Below are positions 26,054-39,051 of a stretch of 64,000 bases of DNA, piece after piece. The DNA is from Asterias rubens (taxonomy: Eukaryota), in assembly GCF_902459465.1 (NCBI RefSeq), contig NW_022985710.1, positions 1 through 64,000 of the forward strand. The letters are read 5' to 3'. Under the pieces are notes generated by a model. That model did no database searches. It saw only the letters and a program-made list of their open reading frames with translations, and was not told the DNA's origin. The stretch's first letter is position 1, and every line of letters begins with the position of its first letter. The position numbers and the translations under genes are program-made.

Positions 26054-26924
26054 TAATGGCCTGAATAGATTCTGTTTTACGACTGTTAGACGCCTTTTGT
26101 AGTATGATTATTAAGAAGGCCAAATTTAACGCAGTAGAGCCTTATGGAATGAAGCTCTCGCAAAACAGTGGTATCTTTCATTCCACGGTTTTAAGCTAAT
26201 GAATTTCAATTCGTTATATATGGTTGTTTTTACAAGTGACTGTTTCCTTTAGTTTCAAAGGGAAACCATTAAGACGACCGAGAGAGGTTTATCGATCCAC
26301 TCCACCCCTAGTGTTTTGCAGCAATTAATATCTATACAAAACTGTACAGCTGCAATTAGCTGGATTCTCCTCTGGTCTGCAGACCTTCAAAAGATGCGCT
26401 GCAATTAAGACACGTAGGAATATTGCATAGTACTGAGAAGAGCGAGATGGAAGAGGAGTAGAGAGAAGAAGAATACACCAGAGAACAATAGAGTGGCGAA
26501 CAACAGAGCGACGAACACTAGACCTTCTTTTGTGACACTGGTTTGGTTTATGTTTGTTGGAATGGAAACCATTACGTGTTAATGAGACATAATGGGGGAA
26601 GGGGTCAAACAGTACGTCAGTCTCTACATCCAGAGAGTTTTTGTATTCAGTTTTGCTTATTTTTTAGTTCACGAATTCTTTATAAAGAGCACTTATACCT
26701 CATACTTCACATTATAAGGAGAATAGTACACAATATTCGACTACAAGAAACGACTCTTGGCTTCAACTGTAATCTTTTCACAAATTCGATTTTTTTGAAG
26801 TGTAAAACTTAATTGAGACAAATAAAAAACTAGACTGACACAGGATGTCAGATTTTGACTCTTTTGTAAAACTGGTAAACTAAAGATATATCTTCTCAAT
26901 TCATCTCAACATTGTGCGTTTGTA

Positions 26925-28011
26925 AACTGCTCACAAAAAGTAAGGAAACTTTTTTCAATCCAGTATATTTGTTATTATTTAATACTCTCTTTGTATATGG
27001 TATATATCAATGCAAAGCTGAACTGTTCCTTTTTAAAATGATACCATATTTGCAATGATTACATGTTGCTGAACTTGGCTACACGAATAACAATGAGGCA
27101 AAGTCACAAATCAAATGTGCCAAAATTACCGTTGTCTGTGAATGGTCAATAGGTAATGCTCAATAATCGAATCGATCAAGCTTTTCAGAACCATTAATGG
27201 TTTACACAATGATTTGCATCAGTGAGCTCATCGGACACAATTAACCCTCATCTAACGAAAAACACCTTGTTTGATGGGTATTTGCAAAACGATATTCTAC
27301 AGCCGAATGCAGTCCCATACTTGCAGACTCTTGGACCAAATGCCATCTTTCAAGATGACAACGCTCGCCCCAATCGAGCCCGACTGGTTACTGACTACCT
27401 GAAAAATGTTGGGGTGAACCGGATGGATTGGCCTGCTAACAGTCCAGACCTGAATCCCATGGAACATCTGTGGGACCAGTTTGGCGTTCCATTCTTTATT
27501 AAGGAACCTGGTTAGGTCAGCCACAGTTGATGTGTTGGTGGTTCTAGCGCGATCCCTCATCATCAGCGCATCACAAGACCTGTGTGCAGCATGAGAAGAA
27601 GGTGCCAGGATGTCATCAACGCCTTCGGATCATCCACTTGTTACTGAACTTGTTGTATCAATAAAGTGTATTAAGATCAGTAAGTTGTCTTGCTCTATAC
27701 CAAACTTCTTGTCCCAATAAAGTGGATTAAGATCAGTATGTTGCCTTGCTTGTTTGAATTACAGTGTCAATTTGATTGTTCACACAGTAACAGTAACACA
27801 AAATTTCTAATTTTGGCACATTTGATTTGTGACTGTGTCTCGTTCTCATTAACGTGGTCAAGTCCAGCAACATGCAATCATTGCAACTGTGGTATCATTT
27901 TAAAGAGGAACAGTTCAGCTTTGCATTGATATATACCATATACAAAGAGAGTAATAAATAATAACAAATATACTGGATTGAAAAAATTTTCCTTACTTTT
28001 TGTGAGCAGTT
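26925..28011 (+). mobile_element. Internally deleted Tc1-like transposon, ~230-bp TIRs, TA TSD, transposase C-terminal fragment
   Basis: TA-aactgctcacaaaaagtaagg...ccttactttttgtgagcagtt-TA. ORF 27222-27515 has FQDDNARP and WPANSPDLNPMEHLW; a downstream frame gives MRRRCQDVINA. Confidence 0.92.
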
Positions 28012-28019
28012 TATATAGG

Positions 28020-28190
28020 ATTTGAGGCATTGCATGGTGAGGTATCAATGTATATTTGGTTTGCGGTAACACCATGTGTGTATCTACTTGCCAGATAGAG
28101 TTGTTCTTAGGGAACTGTCTTGCTTTATTCTACTGCCGTGGAGTAGATAATCGGAGGTTCGGGAGACTTCTCAGTTTGATTTCCCAGGGC
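28020..28190 (-). mobile_element. Possible Penelope-like retroelement terminal fragment
   Basis: Recognised only by resemblance to remembered repeat sequence (ggtttgcggtaacaccatgt); not verified. Confidence 0.3.
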
Positions 28191-28196
28191 ACTTAA

Positions 28197-28578
28197 AGGC
28201 AGTGGACACTATTGGTAATTAGTCAAAATTTGTAATTAACATAAAACCTTACTTGGTAACGATTATTTGGGAGAGGTTGATAGTATAAAACATTGTGAGA
28301 AACGGCTCCCTCTGAAGTGACATAGTTTTCGAAAAAGAAGTAATTTTTCACGAATTTGATTTTGAGACCTCAAGTTTAGAATTTGAGGTCTCGAAATCAA
28401 GCATCTGATGAAAGCACACAACTTCGTGTGACAAGGTTGTTTTTTCTTTCATTATTATCTTGCAACTTTGACGACCGATTGAGCTCAAATTTTTACAAGT
28501 TTGTTATTGTATGCATATGTTGAGATACACAAAGTGAGAAGACTGGTCTTTGACAGTTACCAATTGTGTCCAGTGTCT
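28197..28578. mobile_element. MITE family 1, near-consensus copy
   Basis: TTAA-AGGCAGTGGACACTATTGGTAATT...TTACCAATTGTGTCCAGTGTCT-TTAA. Confidence 0.9.
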
Positions 28579-28944
28579 TTAAGTTTTTTTGTATACACGC
28601 ATTAGAACAACGTTACTTATTTGGTAACTTGTTTATCGTGAAAGAATAAAACAAATGTTTAAATAGTACAGCCTGAAGTTGTTGTCGTTTTAAGTTTGCG
28701 CACTTTTCCAGTCTCCTTCCCGTGCTGCTGTGGTGGTGGCTCGCAGCTCAAATAAGTACGATTAAATAATTAAACCTGTATGTCTAAGTCCTGAATATTG
28801 AAATGTTCTACATGTGTACAGACAGTTTTAACCCTTTGTTCACTATAAGACTAAGCATGGTACCTGGTATATTATTTACAGCAACTATCATTATTCGGTG
28901 ACATTATTCCGTATAATATGGACAATCATGAATGTCTCGATATC

Positions 28945-29220
28945 AAAGCCGAGTGCACTCGAGTGTAGGTTCGAATCCCAGTCGTGACACTTGTGTCCAT
29001 GGGTGAGCAAGCAATTAATTGTAACATAACTTCTCTCAACCAAGGGGTAACTGGGCACCTGTGAGGGCAGAGATGGTTCTTGTGTTTGGTTAAGCTTATA
29101 GTGCGCTATATTATTTGACAGCACCTGGCGCGAGCTGTATACTCTAAATGGAGCTGAGATGGTTTAAGGAATAAAAAGGCCCTTTGATCAGGGGTAGTTA
29201 TGTTAGAAGCGCTTTGAGTA
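28945..29220 (+). mobile_element. tRNA-derived SINE (degenerate)
   Basis: B-box GGTTCGAATCCC at 28968-79, followed by gtgacacttgtgtcc..gagcaagc core-like sequence and an AAGCGCTTTGAG LINE-like tail. Confidence 0.65.
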
Positions 29221-32200
29221 AAAAAAGCAGCACCGTCGGTAACCATTTGAAGTAGAATACCGCTTGGTCTGCACTGGTCTTGGTTTAATCGTAGTGGCAG
29301 CAAGCAAGATACACTTTACGCAGAAGCAGTGAAGTTGTGAGGAGTCTTCAGTTTTCCAAATAGCTGGATTTCGACGGCGATCTTGTCCCGGCTTGAAAAT
29401 TATTTGAGATCGGGGTTATTGACATGATGTTTTTCTTTTTAGATCGTAGTGCTGTGTGAAGACGATGCGATACATTGTAAACACAGTATAATAGGTAAGA
29501 AATATTGTCATACCAAATATTGCGCGTGAATGACTTATAAGTGTCGTGGCGTCAATCCTGAGACTCATTATATATAGCGCCACCAAGGGTTTTCTCAGGA
29601 GAGGTTATCTTTCCCAAAGTTGTAGAAAGTATCTTTACGTTGAGTGCAAAAGAGTAAAAGTACCAACGACAATACGAATTTTAGCTGAGAACCACAGAAG
29701 GGATTCATCAAAGTCTTGTCACAAACACGGCAAATGTGAATACTGCTGTATCCTCGTTATTGAAAAGAGTGCCGTACGTGTTCCTATTGACACATCGGTT
29801 TTTATTGATCTCTGTTGGAATGGAACCCTGGCAAAATGGCTGCATCGGGGTATTTTTCATAGCAATCGAATTTTTTTTTATTTCTCGGTCGGCAATCACT
29901 TATCCTCCCTGAAGAAATAGTGTACGAGAGGCGGGTTTGAAATGGTTCAGTTATAAGAAGCAAAGATAAATGCTCAAAGGAGGGTGCAATTGGAGAAAAA
30001 AAACCCATATGAAAACAAATTAACATCTTATGATTTGAATATACTGGACAAATATTGTTGTTACATCTAGAGTGTAGTTCTGGGTGACGTCACCGCAATA
30101 AGTTTTTCAAACATTAACATTTATGCGTTACTTAAATTCATCATTTTACAATTGTTGCACGCTGTGACGGGGTCCATGGCGTTTTGTACACCCGAGGGGG
30201 AAAGTGCCATTTCCCCTCGAGGGTGTACAAAACCCATGGACCCCAGTCACAGCGTGCAACAATTGTTTTGTTATACCTTTGTTTAATTGTTATTCCTCTT
30301 CTCTAAGTTCTGTTGTCATCTTCAAACATTATTACGACAGACTATTTATTGTTTAATGAGCAGACGAACAAGAAACAATTCCCTCGAACCCGCGGTTGTC
30401 TCGTACACAGCGCTGGAAATCGGCCAACGCCGGGAACGATCAAGGTGATGTACACCGGTGTACATCACTTTTCATGTTACCCGACCCGTCGAGCCATGTA
30501 ACATGCGTTTTTGTTGCGCATGACATGATTGGTTCTCGACCAATCAAACTTTGCACAGAGGTATAACAATGAAAAATGGCTCAGACATTTTGTTATTTCT
30601 AAATCACTGACATGATTATTTAGGTTGACCCTTTCACGTTCTATTAGTTTCTGTGGGCAACCAAACAATGCACTGAATACCGAAGAACGTCATCATAGAC
30701 GGACAAATGCTGCATGTCTATGTACTAAAGCATGATAGCGATAATTTTTGGAAATCGGCACCAGCAGACTGACCGGGTTGAAATACCGTTTCATAAGAAC
30801 CAATCTATGTCATCTGGTAATCAGTCAATCCATAAAAAAATAAAAATAAAAAAAACCTTATTACTACTTGTACACTTCATCTTATGTTCCTTGGATTTGA
30901 GATAATAAACAAATATGACGCAGATTCAAACATTATTACAGACTAATCGCCGTTTTAATCAACTTTAAATTCTAAAGAGTTAAATCACTATCGAATAAAT
31001 TTGTTTTTAAGAAAGAATGTAGGATTCTTTTAGAACAAAAAGAACCGTGATGTTAAAAAGACGTCAAACTTAGTTTTGTTAAAAGATCTTTTTCCAAAAA
31101 GAGTCGTTAAAGTTGATAATTTTGTTTTACAAAGATGGTGAAAATATTCGTGCTCGTGTCATCTCTGAGATGTTTACTTATTACTTGCTCCTGTGTGCAT
31201 TATGGCTTGTCATTTGTTTTTTTATTTGCGCAATATTGTGTTAAACACACTGGACACTATTGGTAACTGTCAAAGACCAGTCTTCTCACATGGTGTATCG
31301 CAACATTTATGCATAAAATAACAAATCTGTGAAAACTTGTGCTCAATTGGTCGTCAAAGTTGCGAGATAATTATTAAAGAAAAAGACACCATTGTCACAC
31401 GAATTTGTGTGCTTTCATGGTGCTTGATTTCGAGACCTCAAATTCTAAACTTGAGGTCATGAAAATACATTTGTAAATGATTACAATAATTTTCGTCTCA
31501 TGAGACGAAAATGATTTTCATGACATTGTTTTACTCATTTCAAAAAAACTACAGCACCGTCCTCAGCACGTAATATTTTCAGGTAAGCTTTCTTCTATCA
31601 TTATCTTCAAACTGTGTAAGTTTAGTGTAAATCTGTGAACATTTTTTTTTTTTCCTACAAAAGTTACATTGACCCTTTAAAGCTGTCTTCACACCAACTA
31701 CATTTCACAATAAATTTGATATTATTTGTAATCACACACAGTCACAACAAAGCGGGTTGATTAAAACACGATTGAATTAATACGAAAAGTGATCTACAGT
31801 GATCTGTGGTACGTGGTTCTTAACATTTACCTTAACGTCAACTTATCTAATCTGATGAGAATACTTCCATTATTGTAACTAATGACGATCCTTTCAAAAG
31901 GGTGTAATACATAACAAGTTAATATAAGAACATTTTACTCTTATGCCGCGCTGCCGACATTGTCTCTTGTGTTGCAGGGAGACACTGCAAAATGTAAAGG
32001 TAGTGATCAAAAAGATTGCAGAGAAAATGATGAGGACAGCAAATATCTAAATTCTAGTTTGATTACTTAAAAAAAAAAAAAACAATTGGCTTTGAAATAA
32101 GAAGAAATCTAAATACAATTAATCAGTGCGTAATGTTCAGAGTCCAGATAATAACGGTACATTGGAGTCTTTTTTCTTCTTCTGCGTTTAGATATAATGT

Positions 32201-33215
32201 AACAATATTAGGTTAAAGGCAGCGGACACTACTGGTAATTACTCAAAATAATTGTTAGCATAAATACCTCACTTGGTAATGAGTAATGGGGAGAGGTTGA
32301 TGGTATAAAACATTGTGAGAAACAGCTCCCCCTGAAGTAATGTAGTTTTCGAGAAAGAAGTAGTTATCCACGAATTTGATTTCGAGACCTCAGATTTAGA
32401 AATTGAGGTCTCGAAATCAAGCATCTGAAAGCACACAACTTCGTGTGACAAGGTTTTTTTTCTTTCATTATTATCTCGCAACTTCGGCGACCTATTGAGC
32501 TCAAATGTTCACAAGTTTGTTATTTTTCTGCATATGTTGAGATACACCTCAACTGTGGAGACCTAATCTTTGACAATTGTCACTGTCTTTAAGGGAGTTA
32601 TTGACACGCAACATTCCAAATATCATTAAGATTAGTCTTTTTGACTGTCATTGTCTTCGGGTCCTGTAGGTTTGTTGTTGAACAAGTACCTTGTGTATAT
32701 CGTTTGTGTTGTTGCTTTTTACTTGCCATCTTTTGTTTAAACTTTTACTGCCATTTTAGAATGTTTAATGTATAGTATATAAATGTGTATTTTTTTATGA
32801 GCTAGGTCTGGCCGGGAGGGCACGTCTTTTTTGATGACAGTTTTTAGACTTTTGCCCTTCCCTGAACGGCCTGTGCTTGTTTTATTGTTTTGCTTGTCCG
32901 AAGAATAAAAAAAATAAAAATAAAATAACTGAAGAACAAAACAGTTTGTTTTTCTTACGACTACATTTTGACGTTGAATTGATTGTGATTGCGGAACTAC
33001 ATTTCAGTAGATCGAAGAAGTATCATCTTTCATTGACTTTCATATCACCATCAGTCACTTCTCTGCGAGTTGCATTGTTCAGCTGGCAAAACATTTTCCC
33101 TTCATCTAGCTCCAACAGATTGAAGGAGTGACATCTGGGGTGTGAACGGCAAACCTCCCCGCACGACACGACGCTCTTACCCGGTACCTCCTCCATGACG
33201 TGGTGCAGCATGTTT

Positions 33216-33640
33216 TTAGTAAAGGAGGCGGCCATCATTGCCGGTCTGCAGGCAGAGTACCCGGTTGTCGATGACGTGGAGCTCGCAGATAGCAAAGCCC
33301 TTTCTGTCGCATTCCACATCGCTCCATTGACCATTATTTTTCATGTATTGGTTGCCACAATCTTCATTTCCCGCGTTATTTGGTTCTCCATATTTCCAGT
33401 TCTTATAAGCGTTAGTCTCACCCTTCAACGGACAGTGCTGCCAGTTTCCCTCCTCCTCGATGTCATTACAACCAATCCAGAGAAAGGTGTCTGCTGTCGG
33501 ATTAAACTCTGCAAGGAATAGTTCCCATATGTAATCCTGTTCGGATTGTAAGTCTGGGACGAACAGGAAGGGCAGATCTCGGCCACAAGTCGGCAAGTCC
33601 AAACACTGAGAAGGAAAACTATGACATGGAAAAGATTCAT
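33216..33640 (-). pseudogene. C-type lectin L2b, inactivated by a 97-bp frameshifting deletion after ICPS
   Basis: Junction gacgaacagg|aagggcagatc at ~33567 lacks the equivalent of L2a 18900-18996. Confidence 0.88.
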
Positions 33641-34597
33641 TCTCTTTGAAGTAAAGTCGAGTTTGTTTCGATCAGTCGTCTTCAAGCAAGGTCTGTTTGA
33701 ATATACTGCAAGCAACACCTTCTCCTCATATTAACCTGACGGCTCGAGTGAAAAACGTACAATACTTATTTATGGTTACTATAGCAATTACTAGCAATCG
33801 TTGTATATCCACTTAATATCCAAGGCTATATACTTTACGTTTTTTAATATGCATCATAATGCCTATTAGCTAAATGGTTTTGCAGTATTGCTTAAGTCAT
33901 AATGCAAATTAGAGAAAATTCAGCTGAAAGCCTTTGCTGTAACCGTGAGTGGCACCTTCCTAATCATGCTCTGTTGGGTAACGTTGAAACCTAGCGAGTA
34001 CTCGGGCCTTCTGTTTGGTCACCATAATTATTTGAATGCATAGAGTTAGAATAACTTCGGTGTCAGACATCTGCACAGTGCCCGTTTGATTCCATTTCGC
34101 CATTAGGTGTTTTGTCCCAGGTTTATTTAATGTCAGTCTAAAGGTGCTACAGAGTCGTGGTTTTCCTGAATGGCGAGTCGTTCACTTAGTTTTGATCCGA
34201 ATTAAGTTAGAGTATAGAGACCAGATAGTGCCAAGGGTTGAGATTTAGTGGTGACAGTTCATAATGATTGGTTAATCCACTACTACTACAAACGCCCATT
34301 GCGTTACTCAGCAAGACTCCAAAAGCACGAAAAAGCCCTTGCTGCAGTTATTTCACTTTGCATTCTCCAAAGCGTGGTGAGCAGTTTTGCGTAATAAAAT
34401 GACATTCAGTTTTTGTCTTATCAATGTTCTACAAACCGGGGACGAGTTTCAATTGTCTTCGAGTTCTCGATCAGCAACTTCAGAATGAGTTGCTTTGTTT
34501 TAACTTGCCAACCTTGTTCCAGCAGATTAACAGTGTGACGTTGGGGTTTAAGCTGCCAGCCTTCCCTCATGACGGAACGCCCTTACCCGGTAGCTCC

Positions 34598-35125
34598 TTA
34601 TTGACGTGGTGAAGAATGCTCCGGGAAACAAGGCGGCCGTCTTTGCCGGTCTGGAGGCAGAATATCCGGGTGTTGCTGATTGTTTTTTTCGCAAATTGCG
34701 TAGCAGCCACTATAACTGCACTGATAATCATCCCATTTACCATGATTAGTATACCACATCACTCCACAGTCTGCCCCATCCATGGCCCCATTGGGTTTTC
34801 CATCCGCCAAGTTCTAATGGGCGTTGGTTTCACCCTTCAACGGACAGTGCTGCCAGTTTTCCTCCTCCTCGATGTCATTAGAACCAAACCTGGTGTCTGA
34901 ACAAACTCTTTCAGGAATTGTTCCCATATGTTATCCTGTTCGGGTTGTGAGTTTGGGATGAGCAGGTTTGCTCGTGACTCGGCACAAGTGCGATTTGCTT
35001 TGTACTTTGTACCAATCCATCTTGTCCTTTATAATGAAGTAACATGAATCGCCGTATCGGTGCCAATCACGAGGGCAGATCTCGGCCACCAGTCGGCAAC
35101 ACCAAACACTAAGAATGAGAACCAT
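34598..35125 (-). pseudogene. C-type lectin L5 (block B only), frameshifted; KPN motif
   Basis: MVLILSVWCCRLVAEICPRDW..SCY; 7-bp tandem duplication gtacaaa; deletion before GxND; GKPNGAMDGADC..WDDYQC. Confidence 0.8.
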
Positions 35126-36473
35126 CAAAGGAAAAGGATTGAAAGAATTTAATTCTCTTTGAAGTAGTGTCGGGTTATTTTGGATCAGTCGTCTTACAGC
35201 AAAGTCGGTTTGAATATTTACTGCAAGCAACACAACCTTAATTCTTTTATAGTTGCCTGACAATCCAATAGAAACGATATAAAATCTTAAGCCACGATTC
35301 CTCCGCATTTGATGACAAATTTGTTTAAAAACCCGCATGAAATATCCAAGGCTATAACACTTAATTTTAAATATCCATCAATACACCTATTAGCTAAATG
35401 GATATGGAGTCTAGCTCGGACATAATGTCAATGAGGTTTATTGCAGCGGAAACGCCTTGTTGTAACCGTCATGCTCTGTCGGGAAAGGTTCACAGTTGGA
35501 AAACGTGTACAAAGCCAATAACCCTTTTGAGATTGGCAATGCTACAACACTACTTAGTGTGGGTACATTGTGTGTTTACACCCAAACAAAACAAGTAAAC
35601 ACCCAGAGTTAGCAAGTCCGCCAAAACTCAAAAAGCCTCATGTGAACCGTTGCAAAAATATTATAAACAATAGGAGGGTCCACGACGACGGTAGCAGCGG
35701 TTACACACGCGTCCATTGCCACGTTGAGACGTATATAGTTGTTACCGAGTACCCTGACGTTATATTTGAGAAACATACTTATTCGGACGTATAGAGTTAG
35801 AATAGTGTGTCAGACATCTGCATAGAGCCCGTTTGATCACATTACACCAACAGATGTTTTGTCACGAGTATTTTTAAATGTTAGTCTGATGTGCTACAGC
35901 GTCGTGGTTTTCATGGGTAATTGGCGATTCGTCTACTTATTTTTGATCCGCATACTAAAGTAAAGTATGGCGAACAGATTGTTCTAAAGGTTGCAGTTGA
36001 GTGATTGCAAGTTTATCTTATGTTTTTGTTAATCCACTAACATTGTTACCCAATGCATCCTACATGACGTTGTGGAGCAGTTACTGAGTGCCTACAACAT
36101 AAGTTTTTGTCCTTATTCTACAAACTGGGGAAGCGTTTAAATTGTCCACCAGTTCTCCAACAGCATCTTCAGAATAAATCGCAATGTTTCAATCGGCAAA
36201 CCGTCAACCTTGTTCAAGCAGATTTACAGTGTTTTGTTGGGATATTTAAAGCAAGCCTTCCTGCACGGCGGAACGCCCTTACCCGGTAACTCCTTAATGA
36301 CGCGGTGAAGAATGCTCCGGGGAAACAAGGCGGTCGTCCGGTCTGAAGGCAGAATTTTGGGGTGTTGCTGACAGTGATCTCACATAAATTGCGTGGTTGT
36401 TTAAAGGTGTGCTGTCGGGTTGTAACCGGCCAGCCTTTCCGCATGACGGAACGCTCTTATAACCGGTAACTTC

Positions 36474-37001
36474 CTAATGACGTGGTGAAGAATGCTCCGG
36501 GGAAACAAGGCGGCCGTCTTTGCCGGTCTGAAGGCAGAACTTCTGGGTGTTTCTGACAGGTTGTTCGCAAATTGCGTAGTAGAGGCCACTGCACAAATAA
36601 TCATCCCATTTACCATGTTTATCTGACCACAACGCTCCACATTCTCCCCCTTCGGGTTGTCCATCAGCCCAGTTCTCATAGGCGTTGGGTTCGCCCTTCA
36701 ACGGACAGTGCTGCCAGTTTCCCTCCTCATTACAACCAATCCAGAGACTGGCGTCTGGTATCTGATCAAACTCTTTCAGCACCAGTTCCCATATGTAATC
36801 CTGTTCGGATTTTGAATTTGGGATGAGCAGGTTTGCTCTTGACTCGACACAAGTGCTCCTTGCTTTGTACCAATCCATCTTGTCCTTTATGATGAAGTAA
36901 CATGACTCGCCGTTTCGGTGCCAGTCAAGAGGGCAGATTTTGGCCAGTAGACGGCCACAGTTAACTACAAGAACGAGACTCAACACTTGACCTATACGCA
37001 T
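36474..37001 (-). CDS. Secreted C-type lectin L3b, 175 aa, QPE motif, open ORF, chimeric 3' half
   Basis: Signal peptide, CPLDW..SCY, WIGCN (DI deleted), GQPEGGEC, WDDYLC and CE motifs. Confidence 0.82.
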   Translation of the reverse strand: MRIGQVLSLVLVVNCGRLLAKICPLDWHRNGESCYFIIKDKMDWYKARSTCVESRANLLIPNSKSEQDYIWELVLKEFDQIPDASLWIGCNEEGNWQHCPLKGEPNAYENWADGQPEGGECGALWSDKHGKWDDYLCSGLYYAICEQPVRNTQKFCLQTGKDGRLVSPEHSSPRH

Positions 37002-38982
37002 TTTGTAATTTTCTCAATTTTAGGAAATTGTAGAGTTAGCTTTTTCCAAACCGTATAGTCGATGCCTGACGATGATGGACTAAAATGGCTGCCTGTTTTG
37101 TTTCTTCCCAGAGGATTGTAGTATCTTATAATGGTAGTGCGTCAGTGTTTCCATGGAAACAGCTTATAGAAAACCACCAAGTCTTAAAGAAACTGGAAAC
37201 TATTGGTAATTGTGAAAGACCAGGCTTCCCTACCCGTGCATCTCCACAATGCATAAAATAATTGGTAATTTAAAGACTAGTCTTTACAGTTGGTGTATCT
37301 CAACATATCCATAAAATAACAAACCTGTGAAAATTTGAAATCAATTGGTCGTCGAAGTTGCGAGATAATAATGGAAAAAACACCCTTTTTGCACAAGTTG
37401 TGTACTTTCAGATGCTCGAATTCGAGACCTCAAAATCGAATTCTGAGGTCTCGAAATCAAATTCGTGAAAAACTACTTATTTGTCGAAAACTACGTCATT
37501 TCAACAGCTTCCCATTACTCGTTACAAAGTAAGGTTTTATGCTAGGAATTACTTTGAGTAATTACCAATAGTGTCAGTGCCTTTAACAGTCTGACCTACT
37601 TTGACAATAGATTAAAGAACAATACCATCTTGCCCATTGCCTGAGTTAAGTCGATTTTTATTTAAAATGAGGATTGCAGTTTACGTCGTTGAAGGTTGAA
37701 CCAAGCTAGCCGCCTTTGATTGTTACTTATTAAGTCCACGACGAAGATTTATATTAACATTTAAAAATGCGGGGTCAATAAAATTGTGTAAGTATTGCCT
37801 GAACAACAGCTCGACGTAAACCCTGTTACAAAAAACAACAACTTGGATTTACTGGAAACAAATAAATCTATCTAACTATAAGTTAACACAACCGTCGAGT
37901 AAAATCGAATAAAAACTGTTATTTACTGACGCTACAGCCGCCATTATATTCACTAGCAAGTCTACGCATTGAATTACGAATACTAAGAACTACGCTATCA
38001 AGAAGGATCCTTACGTTGTTAACCTGAAACATGTTTTTGTTATTCCGTAGATTTGAATATATGATATATTGCTTCAGTGTGGTAAATATGTCATTTGGTC
38101 TGCATGAAACCAAACGATACGTTGGTATAGATCATTGCTACAAAAAAGTTATACGCTGACTTTCAATTACGGATTTAATTAATGTTAACTTAGAAAACAA
38201 ATTTGATAACAAACATCCACAAAGCATACTTATTATTGTTTTGTGTTAGTTATGAAGAGTATTTGATTGTTTGAGTTCCCTTTTCTTTATTTTGAAATTC
38301 AGAAGAAATCTTAAGTAACAATCAATTAGTGCACTGTGCTCAAATACGGCCATAAAACTTGAAAACAGGAGTCTGAACAAACAGGTGTTCAAGTTATGTG
38401 TGGGATTCTTATGGTATCTGGGTTTAGTCCGGACAAAGAAAGACAGTCTTTCAAGTTATGCATGAAACTCTTACACCGCATTTACACTTAGATCCTCCTA
38501 CAAGGATCCAAGGAGGACCAGATCCCGAAAGCGAGATCAAGTATTTTTGTGCCGCGTTCACACCTGAGTATGGTATTGCATAATTAGACGGAAGTTCAGT
38601 TCAGCTGACGGCAAGGGTTACTGTACTGGGTCATTGATTTTGCGCGCGCATGTTCCCTGAAATAACCGGAACTCGACGAAAATTCAGACACAAAACTAAC
38701 CAAACTGACAATAACTTCCCTATGTTATAACTGTATAAAAAATACATTGAAAAATAATTTGTTTGAATGCTCAAAAAAAGCTTACGTTAGATGATGAACG
38801 AAAAAAGGTCGGTACTCAAGATTCTGGAGGACGCAAAGCCTGTGAGTTATTCAATCGCTGTAATGTTGGTTACCAGTGTCATACAAATTATGGGGTCGGG
38901 GACCAGTTCACGATAGAGTGCACATGTGCACTCTATAATAATATGCACAATGTATACAATCCCCATGTACATTTACACCACG

Positions 38983-39051
38983 GGCAGACTTCAGCCAATA
39001 GACGGCCACAGTAAATGCAAAGAACGAGACTTAACACTTGATTCAGCCGCA
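38983..39051 (-). pseudogene. 5' (signal-peptide) fragment of a lectin gene, probably L4
   Basis: Minus strand ATGCGGCTGAATCAAGTGTTAAGTCTCGTTCTTGC...GAAGTCTGCCCG resembles the MRIGQVLSLVL..ICP start of L3, with a frameshift. Confidence 0.7.

Larger units (their letters stand above)
24958..39051. repeat. Segmental duplication block B of lectin cluster
   Basis: Collinear with block A; carries extra segments 27153-29700 and ~33870-35390 that A lacks. Confidence 0.92.
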
